In this document: one piece after another, positions 33,455 through 43,251 of the stretch | Layout: each line of letters starts with the position of its first letter | Position numbering within the stretch: the first letter of the stretch is position 1 | Assembly (NCBI GenBank): GCA_023459915.1 | Contig: JAEWSN010000170.1 | Span: 5,508 to 69,507 of the forward strand | Reading direction: 5' to 3' | Source of the DNA: Bacillota bacterium | GTDB lineage: Bacteria; Bacillota; Clostridia; DSM-8532 | Length of the DNA stretch: 64,000 nt | Made by a program: the position numbers and the translations under genes | Notes under the pieces: generated by a model | The model's input: the letters and a program-made list of their open reading frames with translations, nothing else | Databases searched by the model: none | Told to the model about the DNA's origin: nothing

Positions 33455-34948
33455 ATGAAGGCCAGGCTGTTAGCACTCGATCAGGGGACCACAAGCTCCA
33501 GAGCGGTTTTGTACACCACGGACGGGGAGACACTGGCAATCCGCAGCCGCCCGCTGACCCAGCACTACCCGCGTCCGGGGTGGGTGGAGCAGGATGCGGA
33601 AGAGATTCTCGCCTCGCAGCTCGACGCCGTGCGGGAGGTGCTGTCCGTCACGGGAACCGAGGCCGCGGATGTTGCGGCCATCGGCATTACGAACCAGCGG
33701 GAAACGGTGGTCGTTTGGGATCGAAAAATAGGAAAGCCCGTTCACAACGCCATTGTATGGCAATGCCGCCGCACGTCGGATCTCTGCAACCGCTGGCGGG
33801 ACGAGGGCATTGAACCGATGCTGCGCGAGAAAACCGGGTTGCTGGCAGATGCCTATTTCTCCGGCACCAAAATCCATTGGCTGCTCGAGCACGTGCCGGG
33901 GCTTGCCGCGCGCGCGCAACGGGGAGAATTGCTGGCCGGCACCATTGACAGCTGGCTGGTGTGGCATCTCACGGGTGGCAAGACTCATGTCACCGATTGC
34001 TCCAACGCGTCGCGCACCCTGCTGTACAACATCCACACCCACCGGTGGGACGAGGAGCTCCTGTCCCTGATGGGCGTTCCGGCGTCCATGATGCCGCGTG
34101 TGGTGCCCTCTTCGGGACGTGTGGGAGAGACGGACCCTGCGCTGTTCGGCGCGGCGATTCCCATCTGCGGCATGGCGGGAGACCAGCAGGCGGCCCTGTA
34201 CGGGCAGGGCTGCCGTCTGCCGGGCAGTGTCAAGAACACCTATGGCACCGGCTGCTTCATCCTGATGAACACCGGAAACACACCGGTGAAATCGCAGAAC
34301 CGGTTGTTGACAACCATTGCATGGGATTTGGGAAAAGGTCCGGTCTATGCGCTCGAAGGCAGCATTTTCAACGCGGGATCGGCCATCCAGTGGCTTCGGG
34401 ACAGCCTGCAGCTCATCGCCAGCGCGCCGGAGGCGGATCGACTGGCGGAAAGCGTTCCCGATGCCGGCGGCGCGTTTTTTGTGCCCGCGTTCACCGGTCT
34501 GGGCGCGCCGCACTGGGACATGTATGCCCGCGGCGCGATATTCGGGCTGACCCGTGGCACCACAAGGGCCCACATGGCAAGGGCCGTGCTGGAATCCATC
34601 GCATACCAGTCGCGGGATGTGTTCGACGCCATGGTGCAGGATGCGCACCAGCCCATCCGCCAGCTTCGCGTGGATGGCGGCGCCAGCAACAGTGATGTGC
34701 TGATGCAGTTTCAGGCGGATCTCATCGGGCAGGAGGTGCTCCGCCCCCTCAACATCGAAACAACCGCGGCCGGCGCGGCCGCGCTGGCCGGTCTTGCGGC
34801 CGGGGTGATGTCCGCGGACGCGGAAGCACCCGGATGTGCGGTGGGGCGTGTGTTCCACCCGGCCATGGACAAAAAGGAGGCTTCCCGGTTACAGGAAGCC
34901 TGGCACAAGGCTGTGAAGCGCGCCATGAATTGGGAGGTGCCAAGCTGA
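33455..34948 (+). CDS. glpK: glycerol kinase
   Basis: LLALDQGTTSSRAVLY..., ITNQRETVVVWD..., CQWRRTSD-like region and GDQQAALYGQGC. 497 aa, full length. AGGAGG RBS. Confidence 0.95.
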   Translation: MKARLLALDQGTTSSRAVLYTTDGETLAIRSRPLTQHYPRPGWVEQDAEEILASQLDAVREVLSVTGTEAADVAAIGITNQRETVVVWDRKIGKPVHNAIVWQCRRTSDLCNRWRDEGIEPMLREKTGLLADAYFSGTKIHWLLEHVPGLAARAQRGELLAGTIDSWLVWHLTGGKTHVTDCSNASRTLLYNIHTHRWDEELLSLMGVPASMMPRVVPSSGRVGETDPALFGAAIPICGMAGDQQAALYGQGCRLPGSVKNTYGTGCFILMNTGNTPVKSQNRLLTTIAWDLGKGPVYALEGSIFNAGSAIQWLRDSLQLIASAPEADRLAESVPDAGGAFFVPAFTGLGAPHWDMYARGAIFGLTRGTTRAHMARAVLESIAYQSRDVFDAMVQDAHQPIRQLRVDGGASNSDVLMQFQADLIGQEVLRPLNIETTAAGAAALAGLAAGVMSADAEAPGCAVGRVFHPAMDKKEASRLQEAWHKAVKRAMNWEVPS

Positions 34949-35078
34949 AGGGCTTGAACGGGGACCGGCTGCTTGCCGGCCGGGCACCGTCACACCCGTG
35001 ATTCGTTGTGTCATGAACCGGCCATCCTGTTCCGTCACACCATGAATCGGGTGACGTGACCTGCCGTTTCGTGATTCG

Positions 35079-36098
35079 TCACTCGATGAGCCGGACTCCG
35101 TACAGACCGTAGTCCTCCTGGTCGGCGGAGGTTTCACCGGAGGTGACGCTGCGCACGAAGGTGCCGTGGACCACGCTGTCTTTCCCCGAGCCATCCACAC
35201 CGGTGAGAAAGAAGGAGGCGAAGCCTGTGATGGTCACGGTGGATCGGCCATTCACGTCGAGTGAGTCCACAATGACAATGGTGATGAGCCGGGGGCAATC
35301 GGGCTCGAACGACTCGGGTGTACAATGCGGGTTATGGGTGCAATCCTCGAGCAGTGTGGTCACGCCGGTTTCCGTGGGTCCGCTCATGTTTCCGGGTTCG
35401 GTGTCTATCTGGTCGCCGACCATGAGCCGGCCGTCAAAACCCTCCACGATGTTGTTCAGATAGGTTTTCGCGCCGGCGCCGCCGAGCTCAATCGCGCCGT
35501 AGTTGCCGGTCAACCCGTCTCCGCCGCCTTCCTTGAGCGTGTATTCGGCACCGATGACGAGCGGGATGTCCGCGATGGCAAACGGCCGGATGCCGCTGTT
35601 GACACCCATGACAGGCAGCACGCTGCCGGTGGCGCTGGCGCGTGCCATGCCGCCCTCGATGCCGATGAGCCGGGCAAATCCGTATGGAACGGGCTTTTCT
35701 GCGGAAAGCGACAGCGTTTTGGTGCTGTCATCGATTTGAATGTCATAGGTGACTTCCGGAAAGCCGTTCTTTTCAAGATAACTGGCGGCCATCAGGGATT
35801 CTGTTCCCGGGCGCTCCACATAGGCGCGGGCGGCGGCCAGTGTCGCCGCGTCCACCGCGTGGTTCAAACGCGCCTTTTCAATCGACAGCAAACCGATATC
35901 GGTGACCAGGGCGGCCGACAGTGCCAGTACGGTCAGCGATACCGCAAAAAAGACCATGGACATGCCGTGCTCGCTCCGCGCCATGGGGCGAAAAAGCCGG
36001 AACGCTTTCGCCACGCGGGACAGACGCCCTCCGGAAACAACGGCCGAAGCCGGCGCATGCTGTTTTCCATTCCCTGTATGCCGGTTCATGTATGCCAT
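35079..36098 (-). CDS. stand-alone TadG-like (Tad domain) protein
   Basis: ATG at 36098 (MAYMNRH...). The anchor plus MSMVFFAVSLTVLALSAALVTDIGLLSIEKARLNHAVDAATLAAARAY is a TadE/G-type N-terminal domain. The C-terminal part is Gly-rich (GNYGAIELGGAGAKTY...). Confidence 0.6.
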   Translation of the reverse strand: MAYMNRHTGNGKQHAPASAVVSGGRLSRVAKAFRLFRPMARSEHGMSMVFFAVSLTVLALSAALVTDIGLLSIEKARLNHAVDAATLAAARAYVERPGTESLMAASYLEKNGFPEVTYDIQIDDSTKTLSLSAEKPVPYGFARLIGIEGGMARASATGSVLPVMGVNSGIRPFAIADIPLVIGAEYTLKEGGGDGLTGNYGAIELGGAGAKTYLNNIVEGFDGRLMVGDQIDTEPGNMSGPTETGVTTLLEDCTHNPHCTPESFEPDCPRLITIVIVDSLDVNGRSTVTITGFASFFLTGVDGSGKDSVVHGTFVRSVTSGETSADQEDYGLYGVRLIE

Positions 36099-36440
36099 AT
36101 CGGACCAACCTTTCCCATCTCGTTTCCTGGACAGACCCCCATTCACCCCAACAGACGAAATGGCTGCGGCGGGAGGATGGAATGTCCCAATCCCATCATG
36201 CCACAATCCGCGTGTGTTTGGGACGCGCCGGGGTCATGGCCGGATGGGACTCCGGTCCCGTTTCTGTCCGAACCGGTTGCGATGCCCTATGGCTGTGTTC
36301 GGCAAGGTATACATTCCGTGACCCTGACGGTATAATGGAACTGCGTTTCGCCGAACCGGGCGGAACCTGTCCGCGCAGCCCGGATTGCACGTGCATGCAC
36401 CCAATCCGGAAGCGTGAACCTTTCAAGGCAGGAGTGAATC

Positions 36441-38144
36441 ATGAAGGAACAAAAGAACCGCGGAACCCGGCGCGCCCAACCCGGCAAGGCTTCGGTGCTG
36501 CTGCTGGCGGCGCTGGTCCTTGTCGCGGGAGCCCTGGCGCCGGCAGGCAGCGTCTTTTCCGGTACAACACAAGCCCGGGCGCTCACCCTCGCGGAAACCA
36601 TCCGGGTCGGCATTTACCATGGCAGAGACAATGTGGGCACGGTGTCGCTGCAGTCCAACACGGGGCTGTCGGTATCCGTCGCCATGCCGGACGGCACAAG
36701 GCTGTCCCTCCATGAACAGATGGACGCCGCGCCGGTCATTGTGCGCAAGGATGCCTGGTTTGTCCTGTCGCCGGATGGCACCGCACAGGAATACACGCCT
36801 TCCGCGGGCATGCCCTTTGCCGGTGTGGCATCCGGCCCCATCCATTTGCGCATCGGGGAGCTGTTCCCGGATGCCGTGACGGCCGCTGCGGCCGCCGCGC
36901 AATACCGACAGGCCGGTGTGCCGGCATATCCGGCGTATGAGGATGGCTGGCAGGTCTGGACGGGGATGTACCCGGACACGGAAACCGCGACCGCGGCCAA
37001 GCAATCGGTGGCCGACCTGTTGGGAACCTCCGCCATTGCGGTGCTCCCGGCCACCAACGCCAGGCTGTTTTTGCTCAACGCGTCTCTGGATGTGCTGTGC
37101 CTGTATGGGGGAACAAATGGCGGCCTTCGCGTCACGGCCCTGCAGGAGGCGGATCTGCTGCTTGTGAATGGACGCAGGTACCGCGGCGAGATGGAATTCC
37201 GGCGCTATGCGGACAGCGATCTCACGGCCATCAACATTCTGGGGATTGAACCGTATCTGTACGGCGTGGTGCCGGGAGAAATCGAGGCGCTTGCGCCCAC
37301 GGAGGCCATCAAGGCGCAGGCGGTCGCGGCGCGCACCTACGCGCTGAACAACATCGGCCGGTATGCCAAATGGGGCTTCGATCTCACGGACACCACCGAA
37401 TCCCAGGTGTACCACGGGTACGAGGGCGAGAAGGTGCAGACCAACCTGGCCGTGGACGCGACACGGGGCCAGAAGGCCCTGTATCAGGGCGAATTGGCCA
37501 GCCTGTTCTACTTCAGCTCCAGTGGCGGCAGAACCGAGGACAACGCGAATGTGTGGGGCACGCCGCTGCCATACCTGCGAAGCGTGGAAGACCCGTACGA
37601 GGCAAAGACTTCCTACAACTACTATTGGCAAAAGGTGCTGTCCGCCGCGGACGTGGAGCGCTATCTGACGGCTGCCGGCGTGAATCTCGGCCGTGTCAGC
37701 GGCATGTCGATTGTGGAGACCTCCCTGTCGGGTCGTGTGGTGAAGCTGCGCATCACCGGCACGGAAAGCAGCATGACCTTCCAGCGCGAAGCCTGCCGCA
37801 CCATCTTTGAGCTGCCCAGCCAGCTGTATGCGCTGGGCGGCTCGGACAGCCTGTCCATCATGGGCGCCGATGGCAGCGTCACCAAGCAGAATCCCGGAGG
37901 GCTGACGGCGGTCGGCGCGTCCGGCACGGGAACCATCGCGACGGGCGTCGCCGCGGTTGCCATCGGCGCCGATGGCGCGCTTTCGTACACCGGCACCGCG
38001 GCCGGCGACATGTTCGTGTTGACCGGACGGGGCTGGGGCCACGGCGTGGGCATGAGCCAGGAGGGCGCAAAGGGCTTTGCCAGAAACGGGTACACCTACA
38101 CCCAGATTCTGCAGCACTATTTTCCCGGTGTGACCATTGAATGA
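36441..38144 (+). CDS. SpoIID/LytB-domain protein (lytic transglycosylase / amidase enhancer family)
   Basis: Signal peptide. LEPYLYGVVPGEI..., KAQAVAARTYAL..., SQVYHGY..., FYFSSSGGRTED, and a C-terminal GRGWGHGVGMSQEGA. Confidence 0.85.
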   Translation: MKEQKNRGTRRAQPGKASVLLLAALVLVAGALAPAGSVFSGTTQARALTLAETIRVGIYHGRDNVGTVSLQSNTGLSVSVAMPDGTRLSLHEQMDAAPVIVRKDAWFVLSPDGTAQEYTPSAGMPFAGVASGPIHLRIGELFPDAVTAAAAAAQYRQAGVPAYPAYEDGWQVWTGMYPDTETATAAKQSVADLLGTSAIAVLPATNARLFLLNASLDVLCLYGGTNGGLRVTALQEADLLLVNGRRYRGEMEFRRYADSDLTAINILGIEPYLYGVVPGEIEALAPTEAIKAQAVAARTYALNNIGRYAKWGFDLTDTTESQVYHGYEGEKVQTNLAVDATRGQKALYQGELASLFYFSSSGGRTEDNANVWGTPLPYLRSVEDPYEAKTSYNYYWQKVLSAADVERYLTAAGVNLGRVSGMSIVETSLSGRVVKLRITGTESSMTFQREACRTIFELPSQLYALGGSDSLSIMGADGSVTKQNPGGLTAVGASGTGTIATGVAAVAIGADGALSYTGTAAGDMFVLTGRGWGHGVGMSQEGAKGFARNGYTYTQILQHYFPGVTIE

Positions 38145-38181
38145 ACCGGAACATCACGATTTGTTCCGATGGGGAGTATGT

Positions 38182-38670
38182 ATGAAAAAGAAAGACTGGC
38201 TGGGCTGGGGTGCGCTCCTGGTGGTGCTGCTGGGCCTTGATCAATGGACAAAACTGTTTTTTTCCGCGAATCGCGCGGATTTTCAGGAGCGGGAGATCAT
38301 TCCCGACTTTTTTTATCTCACCTACCTGGAAAACCGTGGGGCCGCCTTCAGCCTGCTGCAGAATTTCCGCTGGGGATTCGTGGTGATCACGGTAATCGCC
38401 CTGGCGGTCATGGCGCGGTTTTTCCTGATGTACAAAACGCCCATCGCCAGGCTCTCGCTGGTGTTTCTGATGGCCGGCGCGGCCGGAAACCTCATAGACC
38501 GTGCCTGGCAGGGCTTTGTGGTGGACTTTTTGCATTTTTATCCCTTCGGGTACGACTTTCCCGTATTCAATGTCGCGGATGTCTGCATCAATGTCGGCGC
38601 GGCGCTGATGGTCATCTGGCTGCTGTTCATGTACAGGGAACCGGAGGCTGCCGATGCGAAAAAAACGTGA
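38182..38670 (+). CDS. lspA: lipoprotein signal peptidase II
   Basis: ATG at 38182 follows GGGGAG. DQWTK..., NRGAAFS, AGNLIDR and FNVADVCINVG are the conserved LspA boxes. Confidence 0.9.
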   Translation: MKKKDWLGWGALLVVLLGLDQWTKLFFSANRADFQEREIIPDFFYLTYLENRGAAFSLLQNFRWGFVVITVIALAVMARFFLMYKTPIARLSLVFLMAGAAGNLIDRAWQGFVVDFLHFYPFGYDFPVFNVADVCINVGAALMVIWLLFMYREPEAADAKKT

Positions 38671-39697
38671 ACAGCCTTCGGAGCCGAACAACCCCGCGCC
38701 CATGATGGCGCGGGAGAAGGAGACCGGATTGGTTGAAATATCGGAATGGATGGATGAAAACGACCTGCCGGCGGAGATTCCCTCGGCGGAGGTCACACGC
38801 GTCTGGTCCGGACAGTGCCAAACAGACGGTGAGCGGCTGGACAGCTGGCTGTCCGGCACATTGCCCGAACTGTCCAGAAGCCGGGTGGCGCAGCTGCTCG
38901 GCCAGGGACTCGGCACAGTGGACGGCAAGCCGGCGAAGCCCGGCCTGAAGCTGCGGCAGGGTCAGCAGGTGGTGTTGACCATTCCCGGGCTCGTCCCGCT
39001 GGACGTGGTGCCCCAGGACATCCCGATCCGGATTGTGTATGAGGATGACGACATCCTGGTCGTCGACAAACCCAAAGGGTTGGTGGTGCACCCCGCACCG
39101 GGGCATCCCGACGGCACGCTGGTCAACGCGCTGATGTTCCATTGCAGGGACAGGCTGTCCAACATCAACGGTGTGATCCGCCCGGGGATTGTCCACCGGA
39201 TTGATCGCGACACCTCCGGCCTGCTGGTGGTGGCCAAGACCAACCTGGCGCACCAGCGCCTGTCCGACGACCTCCGCCGGCACGATGTGGTCAGAACCTA
39301 TCTGGCGGTTGTGGACGGGCGGGTGAAGCAGGACGAGGGAACCATCAGCCTACCCATCGGCAGACATCCGGTGGATCGCAAGCGGATGTCCGTCCACACC
39401 CGGAGCGGCCGGGATGCCGTGACGCATTACCGGGTGCTGACGCCGTATCACGCGCATACACTGGTGGAATGCCGGCTCGAGACGGGGCGGACACATCAAA
39501 TCCGGGTCCACATGGCCAGCCTCGGGAATCCGGTCACCGGCGATCCCGTTTACGGCAAGGCATGCCGGCTCATGAACACGCAGGGACAGGCGCTGCACGC
39601 GTTCCGGCTTGAACTGACCCATCCCGTCACGGGGGAACGGATGTCTTTCGAGACGCCGTACCCGGACTGGCTTGTCACGCTGTTGCAACGGTTGTGA
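38654..39697 (+). CDS. rluD: RluA-family 23S rRNA pseudouridine synthase (RluD-like)
   Basis: S4 domain (ERLDSWL...SRSRVAQLL), then DILVVDKPKGLVVHP and HRIDRDTSGLLVVAK. The start is ambiguous (38654 or 38702). Confidence 0.9.
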   Translation: MRKKREQPSEPNNPAPMMAREKETGLVEISEWMDENDLPAEIPSAEVTRVWSGQCQTDGERLDSWLSGTLPELSRSRVAQLLGQGLGTVDGKPAKPGLKLRQGQQVVLTIPGLVPLDVVPQDIPIRIVYEDDDILVVDKPKGLVVHPAPGHPDGTLVNALMFHCRDRLSNINGVIRPGIVHRIDRDTSGLLVVAKTNLAHQRLSDDLRRHDVVRTYLAVVDGRVKQDEGTISLPIGRHPVDRKRMSVHTRSGRDAVTHYRVLTPYHAHTLVECRLETGRTHQIRVHMASLGNPVTGDPVYGKACRLMNTQGQALHAFRLELTHPVTGERMSFETPYPDWLVTLLQRL

Positions 39698-39705
39698 CGA
39701 CACAG

Positions 39706-39735
39706 GTGACACAAGCCGCGGCCACGGTGTATAAT
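39706..39735 (+). promoter_or_regulatory. candidate promoter with extended -10
   Basis: GTGACA (39706-39711), 18-nt spacer, then TGtTATAAT (39727-39735). Confidence 0.45.
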
Positions 39736-39805
39736 GGCCATTGGCCCTTGTTGCGCGGACAGGCACTGTCAGCGCATCCGGGCAAAGTGTGCAAGAGGTG
39801 TGGAC

Positions 39806-40018
39806 ATGAAAACTGAACATGTGGCCTTTATCCTGGACAGTGTGCCCGATGAAACCGTCGTGGCGGCCGTCACCGAGGCGCTGACCCGGATGAATGGTGT
39901 TTTTGAGGTGTTTGTGGATGCCGACAGCCGCCGCATTGCCGTGGAATACGACGCGGAGCGGATGGATCTGGCGGTGCTGCGCGGCACCATCGAGGATGTG
40001 GGCTGCCGGGTGCGCTGA
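39806..40018 (+). CDS. 70-aa HMA-fold-like protein lacking the CxxC metal site
   Basis: MKTEHVAFILDSV...VFEVFVDADSRRIAVEYDAERMDLAVLRGTIEDVGCRV follows the beta-alpha-beta-beta-alpha-beta pattern of heavy-metal-associated domains, but there is no CxxC. Confidence 0.4.
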   Translation: MKTEHVAFILDSVPDETVVAAVTEALTRMNGVFEVFVDADSRRIAVEYDAERMDLAVLRGTIEDVGCRVR

Positions 40019-40163
40019 GAATGCGGCTCCGGGCTTCCGTCTGCGAAAGCAGCGCGGAGCCGGACTGCCAACTGTGCAGAGAACGCGGAACCGGACTCCC
40101 GGTTGCGCTTGCAAAGCGGCTCCGGGCTTCCGGGTGCCGGAACCGTCATGGAGGAGAATTGGA
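40019..40163. repeat. repeat-dense intergenic spacer
   Basis: GCGGCTCCGGGCTTCCG occurs at 40023-40039 and 40116-40132. GCGGA(G/A)CCGGACT(G/C)CC occurs at 40054-40069 and 40085-40100. Confidence 0.85.
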
Positions 40164-40541
40164 TTGAACCTGTTGGGAAACCTTGTCTGGCTTATATTTG
40201 GGGGTCTTGTGGCCGCGGTGCTGTGGGTGCTGGCCGGCTTGTTGTCGTGCCTCACCATTGTGGGCATCCCCTTTGGGTTTCAATGCTTCAAGATCGCCGG
40301 GTTCGTCCTGATGCCGTTCGGCCGGGAAGTGGAAATCGGCCGGTTCGGTGTGGGCGGCCTCATTGGCAACATCCTGTGGATTTTGTTGCTGGGATGGGAG
40401 TTGGCGGTCACGCACGCGGTACTGGGCGTGCTGCTGTCCATCACCCTGATTGGCATTCCATTTGGCCGGCAGCATTTCAAGATGGCCGGGCTGGCACTGG
40501 TTCCTTTTGGCGCGCGGGTTCGTCCGGCGGCCTGGCAGTAG
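40164..40541 (+). CDS. yccF: YccF-family inner membrane protein
   Basis: TTG at 40164 lies 7 nt after GGAGGAG. There are two copies of the YccF motif (LGNLVWLIFGG...IVGIPFGFQCFKIAGFVLMPFG and IGNILWILLLGW...LIGIPFGRQHFKMAGLALVPFG). Confidence 0.8.
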   Translation: MNLLGNLVWLIFGGLVAAVLWVLAGLLSCLTIVGIPFGFQCFKIAGFVLMPFGREVEIGRFGVGGLIGNILWILLLGWELAVTHAVLGVLLSITLIGIPFGRQHFKMAGLALVPFGARVRPAAWQ

Positions 40542-40551
40542 GAGGAGATGA

Positions 40552-41166
40552 ATGGTTGGTGTGATGGGCGGAACCTTCGACCCCATACATGACGGGCATT
40601 TGCGGCTTGCCGAGCACATCGCCGAGGAGTATTCCCTGCAGGCGGTTGTGTTCATGCCGGCCGGCACGCCGCCGCACAAGGCCGGTCAGCGCATCCTCTC
40701 CGCCGCCCACCGCCTGGAAATGACACGCCTGGCCATCATGGACAATCCGCGGTTCAGGCTTTCAGACCTGGAGTGCAAACGGGAAGGCTATTCCTATACG
40801 GTCGACACGCTGGAACGCCTCCATCAGTCCGGCTCCGGCCCCCTGGCCCTGCTGCTGGGCGCGGATTCGGTGGTGCAGATGCACCAGTGGTATCAGCCTG
40901 CGGACATTTTGCGGCAGGCCATGGTCATCGCCGCGCCAAGACCGGATACCGACATGGTGCGCCTTCAGGCGGCCATCCAGGTGCTGAAGGCGGATTTCGG
41001 CGGAGACATCCGCGTGTCCACCGCCACCGCCATGCCGCACGCGTCCACCGAAATCCGCGCGCTCGCCGCCCGGGGACGAAGCATCCGGTACCTGGTGCCG
41101 GAACCGGTGCGCAGGTATATCGAGGAGAACAGGCTGTATCAATCCTCGGGGGAGGATGTGCCATGA
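40552..41166 (+). CDS. nadD: nicotinate-nucleotide adenylyltransferase
   Basis: GVMGGTFDPIHDGHL...FMPAGTPPHK...SSTEIR-like STEIRAL. Confidence 0.95.
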   Translation: MVGVMGGTFDPIHDGHLRLAEHIAEEYSLQAVVFMPAGTPPHKAGQRILSAAHRLEMTRLAIMDNPRFRLSDLECKREGYSYTVDTLERLHQSGSGPLALLLGADSVVQMHQWYQPADILRQAMVIAAPRPDTDMVRLQAAIQVLKADFGGDIRVSTATAMPHASTEIRALAARGRSIRYLVPEPVRRYIEENRLYQSSGEDVP

Positions 41167-41753
41167 AAGAGACGCTGGCGGAAATCCGCGCGTACATCAA
41201 GGGGAAGCTCAAGCCCGAACGGTATCGCCATTCCATCGGTGTGATGGAGACGGCGCGCGAGCTCGCGGTCCGGTATGGGGAGGATCCCATGCGGGCCCAG
41301 CTGGCCGGCATTTTGCACGATTGCGGCAAACAGTACGGTCACGAGGAATCCCTGCGGCTGATGGATGCCATCGGGTATGTGCCCAACGAGGTGGAGCGGT
41401 TCAGCCCCACGCTGCTGCATGGCCGCATCGGCGCCCTGCTCGCGCGGGAGCGTTTTGCCATCGGGGACGACGGGATCTTGTCCGCCATCGCGTGCCACAC
41501 CACAGGCAAGGTCGGCATGGACCTGCTCGACAAAATCATCTATGTGGCAGACTATATCGAGCCCAACCGTGACGGCGACTGGGTGTATCCCATGCGGACC
41601 ATGGCGTTCCGCGATTTGGACGGCTGTCTCATCCTGTGTGCGGACAGCACCCTGACCTATGAGATGAAAAAGGGGAACCCCATCCATCCCGACACCCTCC
41701 GCATGCGCAACGCGATGCTGATTGCGCGGAAAGGAGCCGCAGATGCTCCATGA
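41163..41753 (+). CDS. yqeK: YqeK HD-domain bis(5'-nucleosyl)-tetraphosphatase
   Basis: ATGA overlap with nadD. RYRHSIGVMETA..., GILHDCGK..., HGRIGA..., IACHTTG..., IYVADYIEPNR. Confidence 0.9.
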   Translation: MKETLAEIRAYIKGKLKPERYRHSIGVMETARELAVRYGEDPMRAQLAGILHDCGKQYGHEESLRLMDAIGYVPNEVERFSPTLLHGRIGALLARERFAIGDDGILSAIACHTTGKVGMDLLDKIIYVADYIEPNRDGDWVYPMRTMAFRDLDGCLILCADSTLTYEMKKGNPIHPDTLRMRNAMLIARKGAADAP

Positions 41754-42447
41754 GCTGATGAGGCAGTTTGCGCCGGCCGCCCTTGGCGGGCAGATGCTGC
41801 GGCTGCTGGTGGCGGGCATCCTTGCCGGCGTGATTGGTTATGAACGGGAGTTTTCCTCCCGCAAGCCCGCCGGGTTTCGCACCCACATTCTGGTGGGCCT
41901 TGGTTCCGCGCTTGTGATGATGACCTCGGAATTTGCGGCACAGTCCTTTCCCGACGCCAATCTGGATCCCACGCGCATCGGCGCGCAGGTGGTCAGCGGC
42001 ATCGGCTTTCTGGGCGCGGGCGCCATTCTGCGTTCCGGCTTTTCGGTCAAGGGGCTCACCACGGCGGCCAGCCTCTGGGCGGTGGCCTGTGTCGGCATAG
42101 CCAGCGGCATCGGGTACTACGCGGGAGCCGCGCTGGCCACCCTGCTGGTTTTTCTGGTGCTTACCCTGCTCAAGGTGCTCGAGGACAAGCTGGCGCTGAA
42201 AGTCAATCACGCGGAGCTTCAAATCGAGGCCCGGAGCGGATGTGTGGTCATCGGAGAGATTCAGAAGATTTTCACCCGGATGGCCTGTACCATCCGGGAA
42301 CTCCATGTCGAGGATGACGGCGCGGACAACATCCAGCAAATCCGGTGTGTCTTCGAAATGGGAAAGGGCTTTGGGGAACGGTCGCGCATCGGGGAGCTCA
42401 CCGCGGAGATTCAGCGGATTGAGGGCGTTCAGCGCGTGTACACATGA
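41743..42447 (+). CDS. MgtC/SapB-family membrane protein with a C-terminal ACT-like domain
   Basis: LLVAGILAGVIGYEREFSSRKPAGFRTHILVGLGSAL...GAQVVSGIGFLGAGAIL is the MgtC signature. Confidence 0.85.
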   Translation: MLHELMRQFAPAALGGQMLRLLVAGILAGVIGYEREFSSRKPAGFRTHILVGLGSALVMMTSEFAAQSFPDANLDPTRIGAQVVSGIGFLGAGAILRSGFSVKGLTTAASLWAVACVGIASGIGYYAGAALATLLVFLVLTLLKVLEDKLALKVNHAELQIEARSGCVVIGEIQKIFTRMACTIRELHVEDDGADNIQQIRCVFEMGKGFGERSRIGELTAEIQRIEGVQRVYT

Positions 42448-42458
42448 AGGAGGCGGGC

Positions 42459-43238
42459 ATGGCACAACAAGCAGGCGTGGACACGCCGTTGACAGAACCG
42501 GCACAGCCGCAGGACGTGAATACGCCGCTGGCAGGCATTTCACAGACAGACCGGCCGCAACGCGAGGAATGCAACCCGTCGCAAGCGGAATCCGCAGCGC
42601 AGACAGAATCCGCATCGCAGGCGGAAACAGCGCCTGCCAAGCGGGGATTCTTCCGCGAGCTGGTGGAATGGGTGCTGTACATCGTGGCGGCCTTTGTGCT
42701 GGCCTCGCTGATTCAAAGCGAGGTGTTCGCGCTGACCGAGGTCAACATGAGTTCCATGGAATCCACCCTGCTGCCGCAGGACAAGCTGGTGATGAACAAG
42801 CTGGCCTACCGTTTCGGTGAGCCGGACCGGGGCGACATCCTCATTTTCCTCAAGGATGAGCCAACCGACGGCTTTGTGCGCCGCATGTCCGTCTATCTCA
42901 GCGACGTGACGATGAAGTTCCAGGGAGAATTTCGCCGCAACCGGCTCATCAAGCGCGTCATCGCGCTGCCCGGCGAGACGGTGGAAATCCGGAACAACCA
43001 GGTGTTTGTCAACGGGGAACTGCTGGACGAGCCCTATGCCCGGGTGGATCCGGACGCGGGCGAGGTGGTCAACGGTGAACTTGCGTTGATGACCATTCCG
43101 GAAAACATGATTTTCGTCATGGGCGACAATCGCGGGAAAAGTCTGGACAGCCGCAGTTTCGGGTGCATCTCGCTCGATACGGTGGAGGGCCGGGCCGTGC
43201 TGCGGGTGGCGCCGATTGCGGCCTTTGGAAAACTGTAA
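42459..43238 (+). CDS. lepB: signal peptidase I
   Basis: ATG at 42459 follows GAAGGAGG. The catalytic boxes are [25 protein letters not shown] and [11 protein letters not shown]. Confidence 0.9.
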   Translation: MAQQAGVDTPLTEPAQPQDVNTPLAGISQTDRPQREECNPSQAESAAQTESASQAETAPAKRGFFRELVEWVLYIVAAFVLASLIQSEVFALTEVNMSSMESTLLPQDKLVMNKLAYRFGEPDRGDILIFLKDEPTDGFVRRMSVYLSDVTMKFQGEFRRNRLIKRVIALPGETVEIRNNQVFVNGELLDEPYARVDPDAGEVVNGELALMTIPENMIFVMGDNRGKSLDSRSFGCISLDTVEGRAVLRVAPIAAFGKL

Positions 43239-43251
43239 AGGAGAACGGGGA

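Noticed and set aside
36300-36345. SigE-type or sigma-A promoter upstream of the SpoIID-like gene (TATACATT / TATAAT)
   Set aside because: I found -10-like hexamers, but no convincing -35 partner at correct spacing for either sigma factor. This is too weak to call.
36423-38117. 564-aa minus-strand ORF
   Set aside because: It is antisense to the SpoIID-like gene, which has clear family motifs. The composition is shadow-ORF-like.
39894-40163. N-terminal 90 codons of the 215-aa track ORF for yccF
   Set aside because: It overlaps the HMA-like gene and the repeat-rich spacer. TTG 40164 sits at proper distance from GGAGGAG and gives a protein starting at the conserved YccF core.
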